DNA from: Thermoanaerobaculia bacterium
GTDB lineage: Bacteria; Acidobacteriota; Thermoanaerobaculia; UBA5066
Assembly: GCA_963816185.1 (NCBI GenBank)
Contig: CAWFJJ010000005.1
Location: 128,001-192,000, forward strand
Direction of reading: 5' to 3'
DNA length: 64,000 nucleotides
Shown piece by piece: positions 30,494 to 40,433 of this stretch. The translations under genes were made by a program, and so were the position numbers. The notes under the pieces are model-generated. The model did no database searches and had not been told where the DNA came from. It saw only the letters and a list, made by a program, of their open reading frames with translations. Within the stretch, counting starts at the first letter, position 1. Every line of letters starts with the position of its first letter.

Positions 30494-31291
30494 TCAGTGT
30501 CCCCCGCGTCCAAAAAGAGTACCCGCGAGCCATCCTGCCGCCACTGCGATGAGCACGGTGAAAGCACCATAGACGAGCGGGCGTCGCTCCGCGAGCCGTG
30601 ACACCCAATCGACCACGCCCTTCTTGCGCACGAAGAGATTGCTGGTCTGAACGCCCAGCATCCGATCGTCGCCGAGAAACGAGGTGGTGACCTGGTATCG
30701 GCCGTCCGGAGCGCAGGCGGGGAGGCTGAACACGTGGTAGAAGGCGCCCCGATCGTTGAGGCGGATCCCGTTGGGCCGGACGCCGTAGAGACCGCGCTGG
30801 CCCTGCAGGTCCCAGAATCCCTCCAACACCCGGCCGCTCTCGCCCTCGTGCATCGGCCCCGAGAGGCTCGAGAGACGGGCGTGCGCGATCAGCGTCTCGC
30901 GACCGGCGGCGAGGTCGAAGGGGGCGAGGAGTCGATTGCTCGCCTCGAGATCATCGGCAGGCAGGCACGGGGCGAAGCCGTTGCACAGGGGGGAGCTCAC
31001 GTTCACGAGGTAGAGCCCCGGCACACCCGAAAGGCGGTATTGACGGACGCCCAGCCAGAACAACGCGACCCGCCCCTTCTCCATGAGACGGACGACGCCG
31101 GCCGAGGGCCCCTCCAGCACGGCCAGCACGCGCCGAGTCCCGGCCGGCGCGGTCCCGTGCAGGAAGAGGTCCAGGCCCGAGAAGGAGTAGGAAACCTCCA
31201 CGCGCTCCACGTCCGATTGCGGGACGACCGCCGAGACCGGGACGGAGACCTCCGGTCTGTTCAGGACGGCGAAGAGGAGGAATGCCAGCAA
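30494..31291 (-). CDS. TIGR02186-like TSUP-associated membrane-anchored protein
   Basis: YSFSGLDL..G, KGRVALFWL, VPGLY, LPACAPDGRY, C-terminal TM PLVYG..VLIAVAAGWLAG; follows a TSUP gene. Confidence 0.75.
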   Translation of the reverse strand: MLAFLLFAVLNRPEVSVPVSAVVPQSDVERVEVSYSFSGLDLFLHGTAPAGTRRVLAVLEGPSAGVVRLMEKGRVALFWLGVRQYRLSGVPGLYLVNVSSPLCNGFAPCLPADDLEASNRLLAPFDLAAGRETLIAHARLSSLSGPMHEGESGRVLEGFWDLQGQRGLYGVRPNGIRLNDRGAFYHVFSLPACAPDGRYQVTTSFLGDDRMLGVQTSNLFVRKKGVVDWVSRLAERRPLVYGAFTVLIAVAAGWLAGTLFGRGGH

Positions 31292-31292
31292 G

Positions 31293-32855
31293 TCAGTGTC
31301 CGCCGCCCGCCCTGGCGAAGTCGATGAGCTGCGCCGGCGGAATGAGGAGCTGTACGAGGAGGATGGCCATCACCACGAGCACGATGAGCGCGAGGAACAC
31401 CCGAATCTGCTCGCCGCGGAGGCGGCGGCTGGCCGCCACGCCGAACTGGGCGCCGATGACGGATCCGGCGAAGAGCGCGACCGCAAGCATGACGTCCACC
31501 GTTTGGTTGGTCAACGACTGCTGCAGTGTCACGTTGGCCGAGGTCAGCACGATCTGGAAAAGGTCCGTCCCCACCGCGACGCGCGTGGGGATGCCGATGA
31601 TGTAGATCATCGTCGGAAGCATGATGAAGCCGCCCCCGACTCCCAGGAAGGCGGCGAGCAGGCCCACGAGGACGCCTGCGCCGACGGGAAGGAGGACCGA
31701 CGTGCGGAGTCCCGACTTCGGGAAATGGACCTGCAGCGGCAGGCGGGAGAACAAAACCGTGAGCGTGCCGCCCGAGGGTTCGCCCGCTCGGGATCGGCCC
31801 CGCCATGCGCGCAAGCCCTCGCGCAGCATGCCGAGGCCGATGAACCCGAGCACGAGGACGTAGACGAGCTTGAGGAAGAAGTCGAAGTTCCCGAGGTTGC
31901 GGAGAACCTTCACGAGATGGACCCCGGCGAACCCGCCGGCCCAGCCCCCGCAGACGATGAACAGCCCCATCTTGAAGTCCACGTTTCCCAGGCGAGAGTG
32001 GGAGAGAGCGCCGGACGTGGCGCCGGCGGTGATCTGCGCGGCGTCGGTCGCGGCCGCCACGGCGGCGGGGATGCCGATGAAGATGAGGAGCGGCGTCATC
32101 AGGAAGCCGCCTCCGACGCCGAAGAGGCCGGACAGGAATCCGACGAGTGAGCCCATTCCCGCGATGAGAAGAGGGCTCACGGAGGCGCCGGCCACCGGGA
32201 AGTAGAACCGCAGGTGCTCGAAAAGGCCTTTGCTCTCCTGGTGCTGCACCCGCCCGACCATGGCCGGTGTGACGTTCGGGTGGCAGGCGCCGCACGTCTG
32301 CGCGAGCCTGCCGGGGCTGACGCTCGAACGGGGATCGCTTGCGGGAAGGATGTCGTGAGCCTCGTGGCACGACGGGCAAGTGGCCACGTCGAGAATGCCG
32401 TGAGAGAGGGCCACGCCGTGGAACGTCCGCTCGAAGCCCTCCACGCTCGCCGAAGGCAGCTCGGTGTGACGCAGCACCGCGGGGTCGTCGTGGCAGCGCG
32501 CGCAGGTCATGGAGACGCGGCCGACCGAGGTGGGCGCGGCCGCGCTGTGCACCGGCAGCACGGCATGGCCGCCGTGACACGACACGCAGGTGGCGGAAAG
32601 ACCGTCGCCATTGGCCACGCTGCGGGCGTGCGAGCTCGTGCGGTAAGCCTGAAGCTGCTTCTCGTGGCAGCGACCGCACGAGGCGGCCACGTTCTCGGCG
32701 CTCACCGCTGACGCGAAACCGGTCGACGACGCCCCCTCGGACCCGTGACACTCTGCGCACGCCAGGCCCGCGTGAACGCCTCCGAGAGGGACCCGGCCGC
32801 CCACCGCCAGAGGACTCGCGAGGACGTGACTTCCGAACCCGAAAGCCGCCGCCAT
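31293..32855 (-). CDS. Hexaheme cytochrome c domain fused to a TauE/SafE (TSUP) transporter
   Basis: Six CxxCH motifs (CAECH, CGRCH, CVSCH, CARCH, CPSCH, CGACH) in frame with a complete TSUP (GLFGVGGGFLMTP; GVGGGFIMLP; AVGTDLFQ). Start codon uncertain (32855 in frame; see findings). Confidence 0.88.
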   Translation of the reverse strand: MAAAFGFGSHVLASPLAVGGRVPLGGVHAGLACAECHGSEGASSTGFASAVSAENVAASCGRCHEKQLQAYRTSSHARSVANGDGLSATCVSCHGGHAVLPVHSAAAPTSVGRVSMTCARCHDDPAVLRHTELPSASVEGFERTFHGVALSHGILDVATCPSCHEAHDILPASDPRSSVSPGRLAQTCGACHPNVTPAMVGRVQHQESKGLFEHLRFYFPVAGASVSPLLIAGMGSLVGFLSGLFGVGGGFLMTPLLIFIGIPAAVAAATDAAQITAGATSGALSHSRLGNVDFKMGLFIVCGGWAGGFAGVHLVKVLRNLGNFDFFLKLVYVLVLGFIGLGMLREGLRAWRGRSRAGEPSGGTLTVLFSRLPLQVHFPKSGLRTSVLLPVGAGVLVGLLAAFLGVGGGFIMLPTMIYIIGIPTRVAVGTDLFQIVLTSANVTLQQSLTNQTVDVMLAVALFAGSVIGAQFGVAASRRLRGEQIRVFLALIVLVVMAILLVQLLIPPAQLIDFARAGGGH

Positions 32856-32963
32856 CAGAAGGGTCGTGCGCCCTGAGACCCTCAGCGCCGGGCGCGCCTC
32901 ATGACGGCCGCCTCGCAGGAATCGAGCGCCTCCCGCCGGACGCTGGCAGCTCTGCACGGCGGT

Positions 32964-32979
32964 GGCAAAGCAAGTCCCA
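32964..32979 (-). promoter_or_regulatory. Candidate sigma54 promoter of the cytochrome-TSUP operon
   Basis: Minus strand TGGGACTTGCTTTGCC (GG-N10-GC, TTGC at -12), in the gap after the sigma54 activator gene. Confidence 0.5.
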
Positions 32980-33135
32980 CGCCTCGATCTCGACGGGCCA
33001 CCGATTCGCTAATGATTGATGGCGTTGAACTTGTAGCTCTGGAGGCCAAAGCCGCGAAGGCGGCTTGTTACGATCTCTTCCCATACGGGGCGGAGTGCGA
33101 TCATCTCCCGGGTCCCCAAAACGAAACGGGCGACG

Positions 33136-34515
33136 TCAGCCGGTCTCGAGACCGTAGTGCTTCGTCTTCTCCCAGAGGGTCTTTCGGCTGACGCGCAGGA
33201 GCTGCGCGGCTTCGCTTCGGCGCCCCTCGGTGGTCTCCAGCGCGGCCTTGATGGCCTCGATCTCCGCTCGCTCGACCGCTTCCTGCAGGGTCGTCGCCTG
33301 TGGGGCGGCGGGAGCGCGGTGCGGGGCGGAGCTCGCCGTGCGCACGTTGGCGGGGAGGTCGTCGATCGTGATCTTCGAGCCGGTGCAGAACAGAGCCGCC
33401 CTCTCCACGACGTTGCGAAGCTCCCGCACGTTCCCCGACCAGTGATGCGCGTCGAACGCCTGCAGCGCCTCCGTGGAGAATCCCACGACCGCCTTCTGCC
33501 TCGCGCGCGTGAACTCCTCCAGGAACGACCGGGCCAGGATCGGGATGTCTTCCCTTCGTTCGCGCAACGGCGGGAGGTGAATGGTCACCGTGTTGATGCG
33601 GAAGAAGAGGTCCTCGCGGAACAGACCTTCTGTGATCTCCTCCTCAAGCGGGCGGAGCGACGCCGAGACGATGCGGAAGTCCACATTGATGGTGCGCTGC
33701 GAGCCGAGCCGTTCGATCTGCCGCTCCTGAAGGACGCGCAACAGCTTGACCTGGAAGGAAGGGGGGAGCTCGCCGATCTCGTCCAGGAACAGCGTGCCTC
33801 CGGACGCGGCCTCGAATCGCCCGATCCGTCGGTCGGTCGCACCGGTGAATGCGCCTCTCTCGTATCCGAAAAGCTCCGATTCGAGCAGCGATTCGGGAAG
33901 CGAGGCGCAGCTCACGCGAATGTAGGGGCGGGCTCGCCGCGCCGAGTTGTAATGGACCGCGGAGGCGACGAGCTCCTTGCCCGTGCCGCTCTCTCCTTGA
34001 ACGAGGACGTTCGCGTCGGAGTCGGCGACCACCTTGATCAGCTCGAACACCTCGTGCATCTGCTTGCTCTTGCCGATGATGCTGCCGAACGAGAAGCGCT
34101 GCTCGAGCTGCTCTTGAAGGCGGACGTTCTGCTCCTTGAGCGACCGGAAGGAGCAGACATTGTCGAGGCGCAGCAGGAGCTGCATCATCGAGAACGGCTT
34201 CGTGATGAAGTCCGCGGCGCCCTGCCGCATGGCGTCCACCGCCGAGTCGATCGTGCCGTGCGCCGTGATGATGATGACCGTCGCGTCGGGCTTGAGGGCT
34301 TTGACGCGTCGAAGGAGCTCGAGGCCGTCGACACGCGGCATCAGCAGATCGGTCAGGACGACCTCGTGACCCTGCCGCTCGAACTGCGCAAACGCTTTCG
34401 CGCCATCCTCCGCGACGTCCACCTCCCAGCCTTCCTTGCGAAGAGCGTCCGCCATCGTGATGCGGAGAATCGGCTCGTCCTCGGCGATCAGGAGTCGGTT
34501 TCCACAGAGTGTCAT
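33136..34515 (-). CDS. NtrC-family sigma54-dependent response regulator (REC-AAA+-HTH)
   Basis: AEDE, TDLLMP receiver; [22 protein letters not shown]; C-terminal [18 protein letters not shown]. Confidence 0.96.
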   Translation of the reverse strand: MTLCGNRLLIAEDEPILRITMADALRKEGWEVDVAEDGAKAFAQFERQGHEVVLTDLLMPRVDGLELLRRVKALKPDATVIIITAHGTIDSAVDAMRQGAADFITKPFSMMQLLLRLDNVCSFRSLKEQNVRLQEQLEQRFSFGSIIGKSKQMHEVFELIKVVADSDANVLVQGESGTGKELVASAVHYNSARRARPYIRVSCASLPESLLESELFGYERGAFTGATDRRIGRFEAASGGTLFLDEIGELPPSFQVKLLRVLQERQIERLGSQRTINVDFRIVSASLRPLEEEITEGLFREDLFFRINTVTIHLPPLRERREDIPILARSFLEEFTRARQKAVVGFSTEALQAFDAHHWSGNVRELRNVVERAALFCTGSKITIDDLPANVRTASSAPHRAPAAPQATTLQEAVERAEIEAIKAALETTEGRRSEAAQLLRVSRKTLWEKTKHYGLETG

Positions 34516-35987
34516 GGCGTTACTTCTTCGGCCTGCGGGGGGTGGCTCAGGGGCAGGGTGATCCGGAAGGTGGCTCCCTTGCCCACCTGGCTGTTCACCT
34601 CGATGGTCCCGTTGTGAGCCGCGACGATATTATAGCTGACCGCGAGGCCGAGCCCGGTGCCCTTGCCCACGTCGCGGGTGGAGAAGAAGGGGTCGAAAAT
34701 GCGCTCGCGGATCTCTTCTGGAATCCCGACTCCCGTGTCGATCACCTCCGTCACCGCGTTCCCGCCGGTGCGTCGCGTGCGAAGCGTGAGCTTTCCCCCC
34801 TTCGGCATGGCCTGGATGGCGTTCAAGACGAGGTTCAGGAAGAGCTGTTCCATCTGGAAATGATCCGCTAGCACGACGGGCTCGACCGGCGCCAGGTCGA
34901 AGAGCACCTCCACGCGGTTCGCCCGAAGCTGATATTGAGCCAGCTCGACCACATGGCGGAGATTCTCGTTGAGGGACGTGGGCTCGGGGCGGATCTCGCT
35001 CGGCCGGGAAAAATCCAGGAGGTTCAGAACCGTGTGCTCGATTCGCTTGATGCCGTCCTGCACGAGGGCGAGGTATCGGTCGCGCATCTCGACGTCTTCC
35101 GGGTGGGCGACGATCGCCTCCAGGCAGGTGAGGATGCCCGCCAGCGGATTGTTCACCTCGTGAGCGACTCCCGCGGCGAGGGTCCCCACGGCGGCCATCT
35201 TCTCCGTGTGGGCCAGCCTGGCCCACCGCATCTCCTCCCGCCCTCGCGCTTGCTCGAGCTCCTCCATCGTCCGGTTGAAGGCCGCGGCCAGCTCGCCAAC
35301 CTCGTCCCATCGCTTGACCGGAGCACGTGCTTTCAGATCACCCCGCCCGGCCTGCCTCATGGTGTTGTGCAGGTTGAGGATCGGCCGGATCAGCGTCTCG
35401 ACGTAGACCGCGGTGAGGATGGAGCTTCCCAGCATGAGGATGAGCGCCACGAGGCCGGCGCGCTTGGCGATGCCGCGAACCTCCTGCTCGATCGGACTGA
35501 GGGAGAACCCGATGGCCAGGGAGCCCCAGAAGCGTGTCGAGATGCTGAGGGACGTGCGGACCTCGAGAATCCGTTCCCCGGACGAGGCCGTGCGCTGCTC
35601 GACAAGGGAAGCCCCCCCGACCGGAGAACGGTACAAAGCTCGCCCGAAGCGTTGCCCGATGAGGTTCCAACGGTTGGAGTGGGTGACGACTCCCCGCTGG
35701 TCGGTGATGATGACGTAGCGCACGAAGTCGCGGTTGCGGTCGATCAAGCCGTCGAGGTAGCTCTCGATGAGCCCCTCCTCCACGACCGCGCCCAGCTCCC
35801 CGTAGACGAGCGCGTCCGTGACAGGCACTGTAAACGTTTCTGCGAGGGCCCTTCCGCGCGCGACGATCTCGTCGTAGCGAGCGCTACGCTCGTGAATCAC
35901 AGCCAGCACGGTGACGAGCCCCATGGTCACCGCAATGAGGGTGTTCGAGTAAAGGAAGAACTTCAGGCGAAGACCGAGAAACGCCAT
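34512..35987 (-). CDS. Membrane sensor histidine kinase (2 TM, periplasmic domain, HAMP, HisKA, HATPase)
   Basis: Start ATG 35987 ([13 protein letters not shown]); [45 protein letters not shown]. Confidence 0.93.
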   Translation of the reverse strand: MAFLGLRLKFFLYSNTLIAVTMGLVTVLAVIHERSARYDEIVARGRALAETFTVPVTDALVYGELGAVVEEGLIESYLDGLIDRNRDFVRYVIITDQRGVVTHSNRWNLIGQRFGRALYRSPVGGASLVEQRTASSGERILEVRTSLSISTRFWGSLAIGFSLSPIEQEVRGIAKRAGLVALILMLGSSILTAVYVETLIRPILNLHNTMRQAGRGDLKARAPVKRWDEVGELAAAFNRTMEELEQARGREEMRWARLAHTEKMAAVGTLAAGVAHEVNNPLAGILTCLEAIVAHPEDVEMRDRYLALVQDGIKRIEHTVLNLLDFSRPSEIRPEPTSLNENLRHVVELAQYQLRANRVEVLFDLAPVEPVVLADHFQMEQLFLNLVLNAIQAMPKGGKLTLRTRRTGGNAVTEVIDTGVGIPEEIRERIFDPFFSTRDVGKGTGLGLAVSYNIVAAHNGTIEVNSQVGKGATFRITLPLSHPPQAEEVTP

Positions 35988-35989
35988 GT

Positions 35990-36895
35990 TCACTGCCGCG
36001 CCGGGAGGCACTCCCTCCTCATCGCCGAGTCGGAGAGAGTGAGCGCGTTTGAGCCGAACACCCGCCGGGCGAGCTTGCGGATCGGGTCGTATTCCTCGTC
36101 GGACACGGGCACGAAGCCTTCGGAGAGCTCTTCCTCCCAATCCTTCATTGCCGCCGCCACCCAGCGATTCTGGCCCGGGAGGACGGCGAGAACGCGCACG
36201 AGCTGCTCCCGAAGTGCCGGCGGCGTTCCGGGGGCCAGTCCGAGCACGAAGTTGGGAATCTGATCCGAGCGGGCCAGGACCCGGAGCGCCTGTCGCGCCA
36301 CGAACTTCTCCCCCACGATGTCGCGCACCGCGCAGGCATCCACCTCTCTAAGAAGGACCGCCCGCGCCGCTTGTTCATTTTGGGCGTAGTACCGGCAGCT
36401 GAGGTTCACGCCGACGCGCAGGCCGGCGTCCTCGAGCATCCCGCGCGCCACGAGGCTGGACGCCGTCGACATCGGCTCGCCGAAGCCGAACTTCTTGCCG
36501 GCCAGCTCCTCAAGGTGCTGCAGCTTGCTGTCGACGCGAACCATGATGAGGCCGTGATACGTGGGCTTGCCGTGGGTGTTGAGCTTGACCACCGGGATGA
36601 CCTGGCAGGCTGCGTGAGCGCGCGCATAGGTGTAAGGACCGAGATTAGCCATCGTCAGCTTTCCGGCGCAGAGGTCCTCCACTGCTTTTTCATAGGAGTC
36701 GACGAGCACGAGATCCCAAGGCTCTCCCGTAGCGCTTTCGAGATAGTTGGCCAGGGGTTGGTACTTGAGGTACATCACCCGGGGGGTATAAACGCTCACG
36801 ACCCCGAAGCGCTTGCGAGGCGACGGCTTTGCGGGTGCCGCGGCCGCGCCGGCAGCCAGCAAGACGACACCCACCAAGCTAGCGAGCGTTCGCAT
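35990..36895 (-). CDS. PhnD/phosphonate-binding-like periplasmic oxyanion-binding protein
   Basis: Signal peptide; YQPLANYLE, LGPYTY, YHGLIMVR..S, LAGKKFGFG...STASSL, DEEYDPIR. No ABC permease adjacent; directly upstream of the kinase. Confidence 0.85.
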   Translation of the reverse strand: MRTLASLVGVVLLAAGAAAAPAKPSPRKRFGVVSVYTPRVMYLKYQPLANYLESATGEPWDLVLVDSYEKAVEDLCAGKLTMANLGPYTYARAHAACQVIPVVKLNTHGKPTYHGLIMVRVDSKLQHLEELAGKKFGFGEPMSTASSLVARGMLEDAGLRVGVNLSCRYYAQNEQAARAVLLREVDACAVRDIVGEKFVARQALRVLARSDQIPNFVLGLAPGTPPALREQLVRVLAVLPGQNRWVAAAMKDWEEELSEGFVPVSDEEYDPIRKLARRVFGSNALTLSDSAMRRECLPARQ

Positions 36896-38648
36896 GGTTT
36901 CGCCTCTCCTCGAGTGCCGCGATCAGCGCAGCGGCGCCCCCGTCTGGGCTCACCTCGACGGCGGGGTTCCACCCGACGTCCTCCGCCCGGCTCGCCGCGG
37001 CGGCGCCCAGACACCACGCGACCGCTTCACCCCGCCATGACGGCCGTTCGGCGACGAACGCGTCCACCTCTCGTGGGGTCCTCAGCAAGCAACCCGTGAG
37101 CGGCAGCGCTCCCATCGCCGTTCGGGCGGCCGCCGTGAGGGGAACGGGCACCTCCACCAGCGCAGCGCCGACTCGCTCCAGATCGGCTCGAAGCCTCCCG
37201 GCCGGCGCGGCGACTGTCAGACGCTCGCCGAAAAGCGGTCGGCGCGTGAACCAGTCCAGACGACCGGCATGGCGCACGGCCGAGCCGATGACGAAGATCG
37301 CGGGGGGAAGGATTCCCGCCGCCTCGGCCGCCGCCGGCAGGTCGCGCAACGGGGCGCGCACGACGCGCTGGGCCGGCGTCGCGCCCCGCTCGATGAGCGC
37401 GGAGGGCATCTCGGGGTCCATTCCCGCCGCAAGGAGGCTGGCGCTCACGTTCTTCAGGGCCGAAACTCCCATGAAGCCGATGAGCGTGGCGCACGGGTCG
37501 CCGGCGAGCAGCTCCCACCGGACCTGCGGTCCGCTCTTCTTGATGCTCTCGTGAGCGGTGACCAGCGTGACGCGAACGGCTTCGTCGCGGAAGGTCACAG
37601 GGATCCCGGCGTAGATCGGAACCGCCGTTCCGGCCGACACGCCGGGCACGACGTCGAACGAGACGCCGGCCGCCGAGAGCGCTTCGGCTTCCTCGCCTCC
37701 CCTACCGAAGATGCAGGGGTCGCCCCCCTTGAAGCGCACGACCCGTTTGCCCTCGTGCGCAAGGCGGACCAGCATCGCCTCGATCTCCTCCTGCGGCACC
37801 GAGTGGTGCCCGGCCTCCTTGCCCACGCTGAGGAGCTCGACAGTGGGAGGCAAGTCGGGCGGGAGGGCGGGCTCGGCGAGTCGGTCGAAGACCACCGCGT
37901 CCGCGGCCATGAGCCGCTCGCGGCCGCTCAACGTCAAAAGGCCCGGATCACCGGGCCCGGCGCCGACGAGAGAGACGAAACCGACGTTCGTCTCGCGCGT
38001 CTTCGGCTGCGAGCCGGAGGGCGCCTCCGCCCTCGACAGCCAAGCCGTCTCCTCCTCGGAGGTGGGCGGGCGCACGGCCAGCGTCTCGGCGTCGACCGTC
38101 GCCGCAAAGAAGCGATCGAACAGTTTCTCCCGGTCTTCCGGACCGATCTCGAGCGCCCGGACCCGGACGCGGAAACGGGCCGCCGCCGTCATCCAATCGG
38201 CCCACTCGGGGGTGAAGCGGCGCTCCAGGATCTGGCGGAGACGCCGGACCGCGAACGGCGCCTGCCCTTCCGAGGCGACGGCGATCTGCAACGGGCCTCG
38301 CCTCACGCGCGCCGGCAGATGGAACGTGCAGAGCTCCGGGTCGTCGGCGACGTTGACCCACGTTCCGGCCGCCTCGGCGTCCCCGGCCACGCGGCGATTC
38401 GTCTCGGCGCTGTCCGTGGCGGCCAGGACGAGGCGATAGCCGGCAGCCTCTCCGCCCCGGTAAGCCCGCCTCTGAAGGCTCAATTTGCCGCTCGAGGCCA
38501 GCGATTCGAGAGCGGAGACGGGAGAGAGCGCGACGACCGTGACCTTGGCGCCCGCCTCGAGAAGCCCTTCGACCTTTCGGAGCGCGACCTCACCTCCGCC
38601 CACGACGAGGCACGCGCGACCGCTGAGGCTGAGCGTTACGGGCAGCAT
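36879..38648 (-). CDS. cysG: Siroheme synthase (precorrin-2 dehydrogenase/chelatase + uroporphyrinogen-III methyltransferase) with C-terminal extension
   Basis: LVVGGGEVALRK, VNVADDPELCTF, LVGAGPGDPGLLT, RFKGGDPCIFGRGGEE. Alternative start ATG 38681. Confidence 0.92.
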   Translation of the reverse strand: MLPVTLSLSGRACLVVGGGEVALRKVEGLLEAGAKVTVVALSPVSALESLASSGKLSLQRRAYRGGEAAGYRLVLAATDSAETNRRVAGDAEAAGTWVNVADDPELCTFHLPARVRRGPLQIAVASEGQAPFAVRRLRQILERRFTPEWADWMTAAARFRVRVRALEIGPEDREKLFDRFFAATVDAETLAVRPPTSEEETAWLSRAEAPSGSQPKTRETNVGFVSLVGAGPGDPGLLTLSGRERLMAADAVVFDRLAEPALPPDLPPTVELLSVGKEAGHHSVPQEEIEAMLVRLAHEGKRVVRFKGGDPCIFGRGGEEAEALSAAGVSFDVVPGVSAGTAVPIYAGIPVTFRDEAVRVTLVTAHESIKKSGPQVRWELLAGDPCATLIGFMGVSALKNVSASLLAAGMDPEMPSALIERGATPAQRVVRAPLRDLPAAAEAAGILPPAIFVIGSAVRHAGRLDWFTRRPLFGERLTVAAPAGRLRADLERVGAALVEVPVPLTAAARTAMGALPLTGCLLRTPREVDAFVAERPSWRGEAVAWCLGAAAASRAEDVGWNPAVEVSPDGGAAALIAALEERRNHANAR

Positions 38649-38682
38649 GGTCTCACTCGATCGGGGCCCTCCTCGAGCCATC

Positions 38683-40368
38683 TTACAGGGAGGTTTTCCC
38701 CGGTGATCCGGCCAACCCCATGAGCGCCCTGAGCCGCAGACCCCCGGCCAGGTACTTCGCCGACCCACCCGCCGCCTTGAGGAGCCGGACGGCCTCGGCG
38801 GAGCGGGCCCCCCGCTCACAGATCGCCAGCCACTCGCCACGTTCCGGGAGCGGGAGCGAAGAGCGCAGCTCCTCGAGAGGAGCCTGCCGCGCGGAGGCTG
38901 GAAGAGGGCGTTCTTCCGTCTCGCCGCTGTGCCGCACGTCGAGCAGGCGCGGGCCTTCGAGGGCACCGCCGGGGGGGCGTGCCTCGATTCCCTCCTCCTG
39001 GTTCTCCGCGGCGAAGGCTGCTTGGGCGAGTGGGTCGATCGCGGGAGCGAAAGGAGGCGCATACGCCTGCTCCAGATTGGCAAATTCACCCAAATCCGCG
39101 CCGCGCGCGATGAGCTGCGTGGCGACGTCGACCCGCTTGGCGACGTCGCCCTCGCCGACCGCCTGCACGCCCAGGACCCGCCGCGATCCCGCCTCGTAGA
39201 CGAGATGGACCACGATTTCCTTGGCCTCGGGCCAGTAGTGCGCGCGGTCGTGGGCAACCACCCAAGCCGAACGCGCTTGCAAGCCTGTCGCCTCGGCAGC
39301 CGCGCGCGTCACGCCGGTCGCCGCCACGTTGAGATCGAAGACCTTCACCGCCACCGCCCCCACCGCTCCCGGAAACCGGTCTTTGCCGCCGGCGAGGACG
39401 TTGGCGAGGGCTCGCCCCTGACGGTTGGCGAGCGAGCCGAGCGGCAGGTAGGCCGAGTCACCTCCGGGGATCCGCCGCACCTCGACGCAGTCTCCCGCCG
39501 CCCAGACGTGGGGAATGCTCGTGGCGAGACGCTCGTCCACGCAAATGGCGCCGGTCCTTCCGAGGGCGACGCCGGCCGAACGCGCGAGATCGACCTGGGG
39601 TTCCACTCCGATCGCCACGAGGACGAGGTCCCCGGCGAAGCGTTCCGCGGCAGCCGTCACCTCCGCCCGTTCGTCGTCGGCCGTGATCGCTGAGACCGCG
39701 GCGCCGGTGCGCAGATCCACCCCGTTTCGCCGAAGCGCCGCGGCGACCACAGCACCGATCTCCGGGTCGAGGAAGCCGGCAAGGGGAGCGTTCGCCGCTT
39801 CCAGCAGGGAGACCTCGACGCCCCAGAGGAGGTGGAAGGCTTCGGAGAGCTCGCACCCGACCAGGCCGGCGCCCACGATCACGACTCGCGAGATCTGCCC
39901 CTTGCCGAGAGCCGAGTGGACCGGCGCGAGGTCCTCGGGAGCGTGAAACGAACGGACGCGGGGATGGAGTGGCTGGTTGGGGAGACGACGGGCCCGGGCC
40001 CCGGTCGCCAGCACGAGGTCGTCCCACTCGAGAGCCACGCGCTCCGATCCGGGTCCCTCGCACGTGAGCAAACCGGCACCCACGTCCACGGCCGTCACCC
40101 GGCCTGAAAGCACCTCGACGCCCTTGACCGCGGCGAAGTAGGCGGCGTCGCGCAGGGCGCCGTCGCTCGTCGTTTGCAAAGACGCGGCAGAGGCGACGTC
40201 GCCGGAAAGCACGTAGGGGAGGCCGCAGGCGGCCACGGAGAAGGTCTCCCGCTCCTCCACCACGGTGATGGGCCACTTCGGCCGAAGGCGGGCCAGGCGG
40301 CAGGCGCAGCGCAGCCCCGCCGCCGAGGCGCCCACGATCACGACCCGACGTCGTCCTTCAGCGTTCAC
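38683..40368 (-). CDS. CoA-disulfide/persulfide reductase-like flavoprotein with C-terminal rhodanese domain (Npsr/Cdr-RHD family)
   Basis: IVGASAAG FAD motif, SVAACGLPY redox Cys, VGAGLVGCE, AAGDC, YAPPF, rhodanese LDVR...CERGARS. Confidence 0.87.
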   Translation of the reverse strand: MNAEGRRRVVIVGASAAGLRCACRLARLRPKWPITVVEERETFSVAACGLPYVLSGDVASAASLQTTSDGALRDAAYFAAVKGVEVLSGRVTAVDVGAGLLTCEGPGSERVALEWDDLVLATGARARRLPNQPLHPRVRSFHAPEDLAPVHSALGKGQISRVVIVGAGLVGCELSEAFHLLWGVEVSLLEAANAPLAGFLDPEIGAVVAAALRRNGVDLRTGAAVSAITADDERAEVTAAAERFAGDLVLVAIGVEPQVDLARSAGVALGRTGAICVDERLATSIPHVWAAGDCVEVRRIPGGDSAYLPLGSLANRQGRALANVLAGGKDRFPGAVGAVAVKVFDLNVAATGVTRAAAEATGLQARSAWVVAHDRAHYWPEAKEIVVHLVYEAGSRRVLGVQAVGEGDVAKRVDVATQLIARGADLGEFANLEQAYAPPFAPAIDPLAQAAFAAENQEEGIEARPPGGALEGPRLLDVRHSGETEERPLPASARQAPLEELRSSLPLPERGEWLAICERGARSAEAVRLLKAAGGSAKYLAGGLRLRALMGLAGSPGKTSL

Positions 40369-40433
40369 GCGCCCTTACCTCTTCCGTCACGACCCACTGG
40401 CGGCGCGGCCGGGCGCCGCGCCGGCCGACGACC

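Noticed and set aside
35990-36895. Phosphonate ABC uptake (phnD)
   Set aside because: No phnC or phnE nearby; the gene is coupled to a histidine kinase instead.
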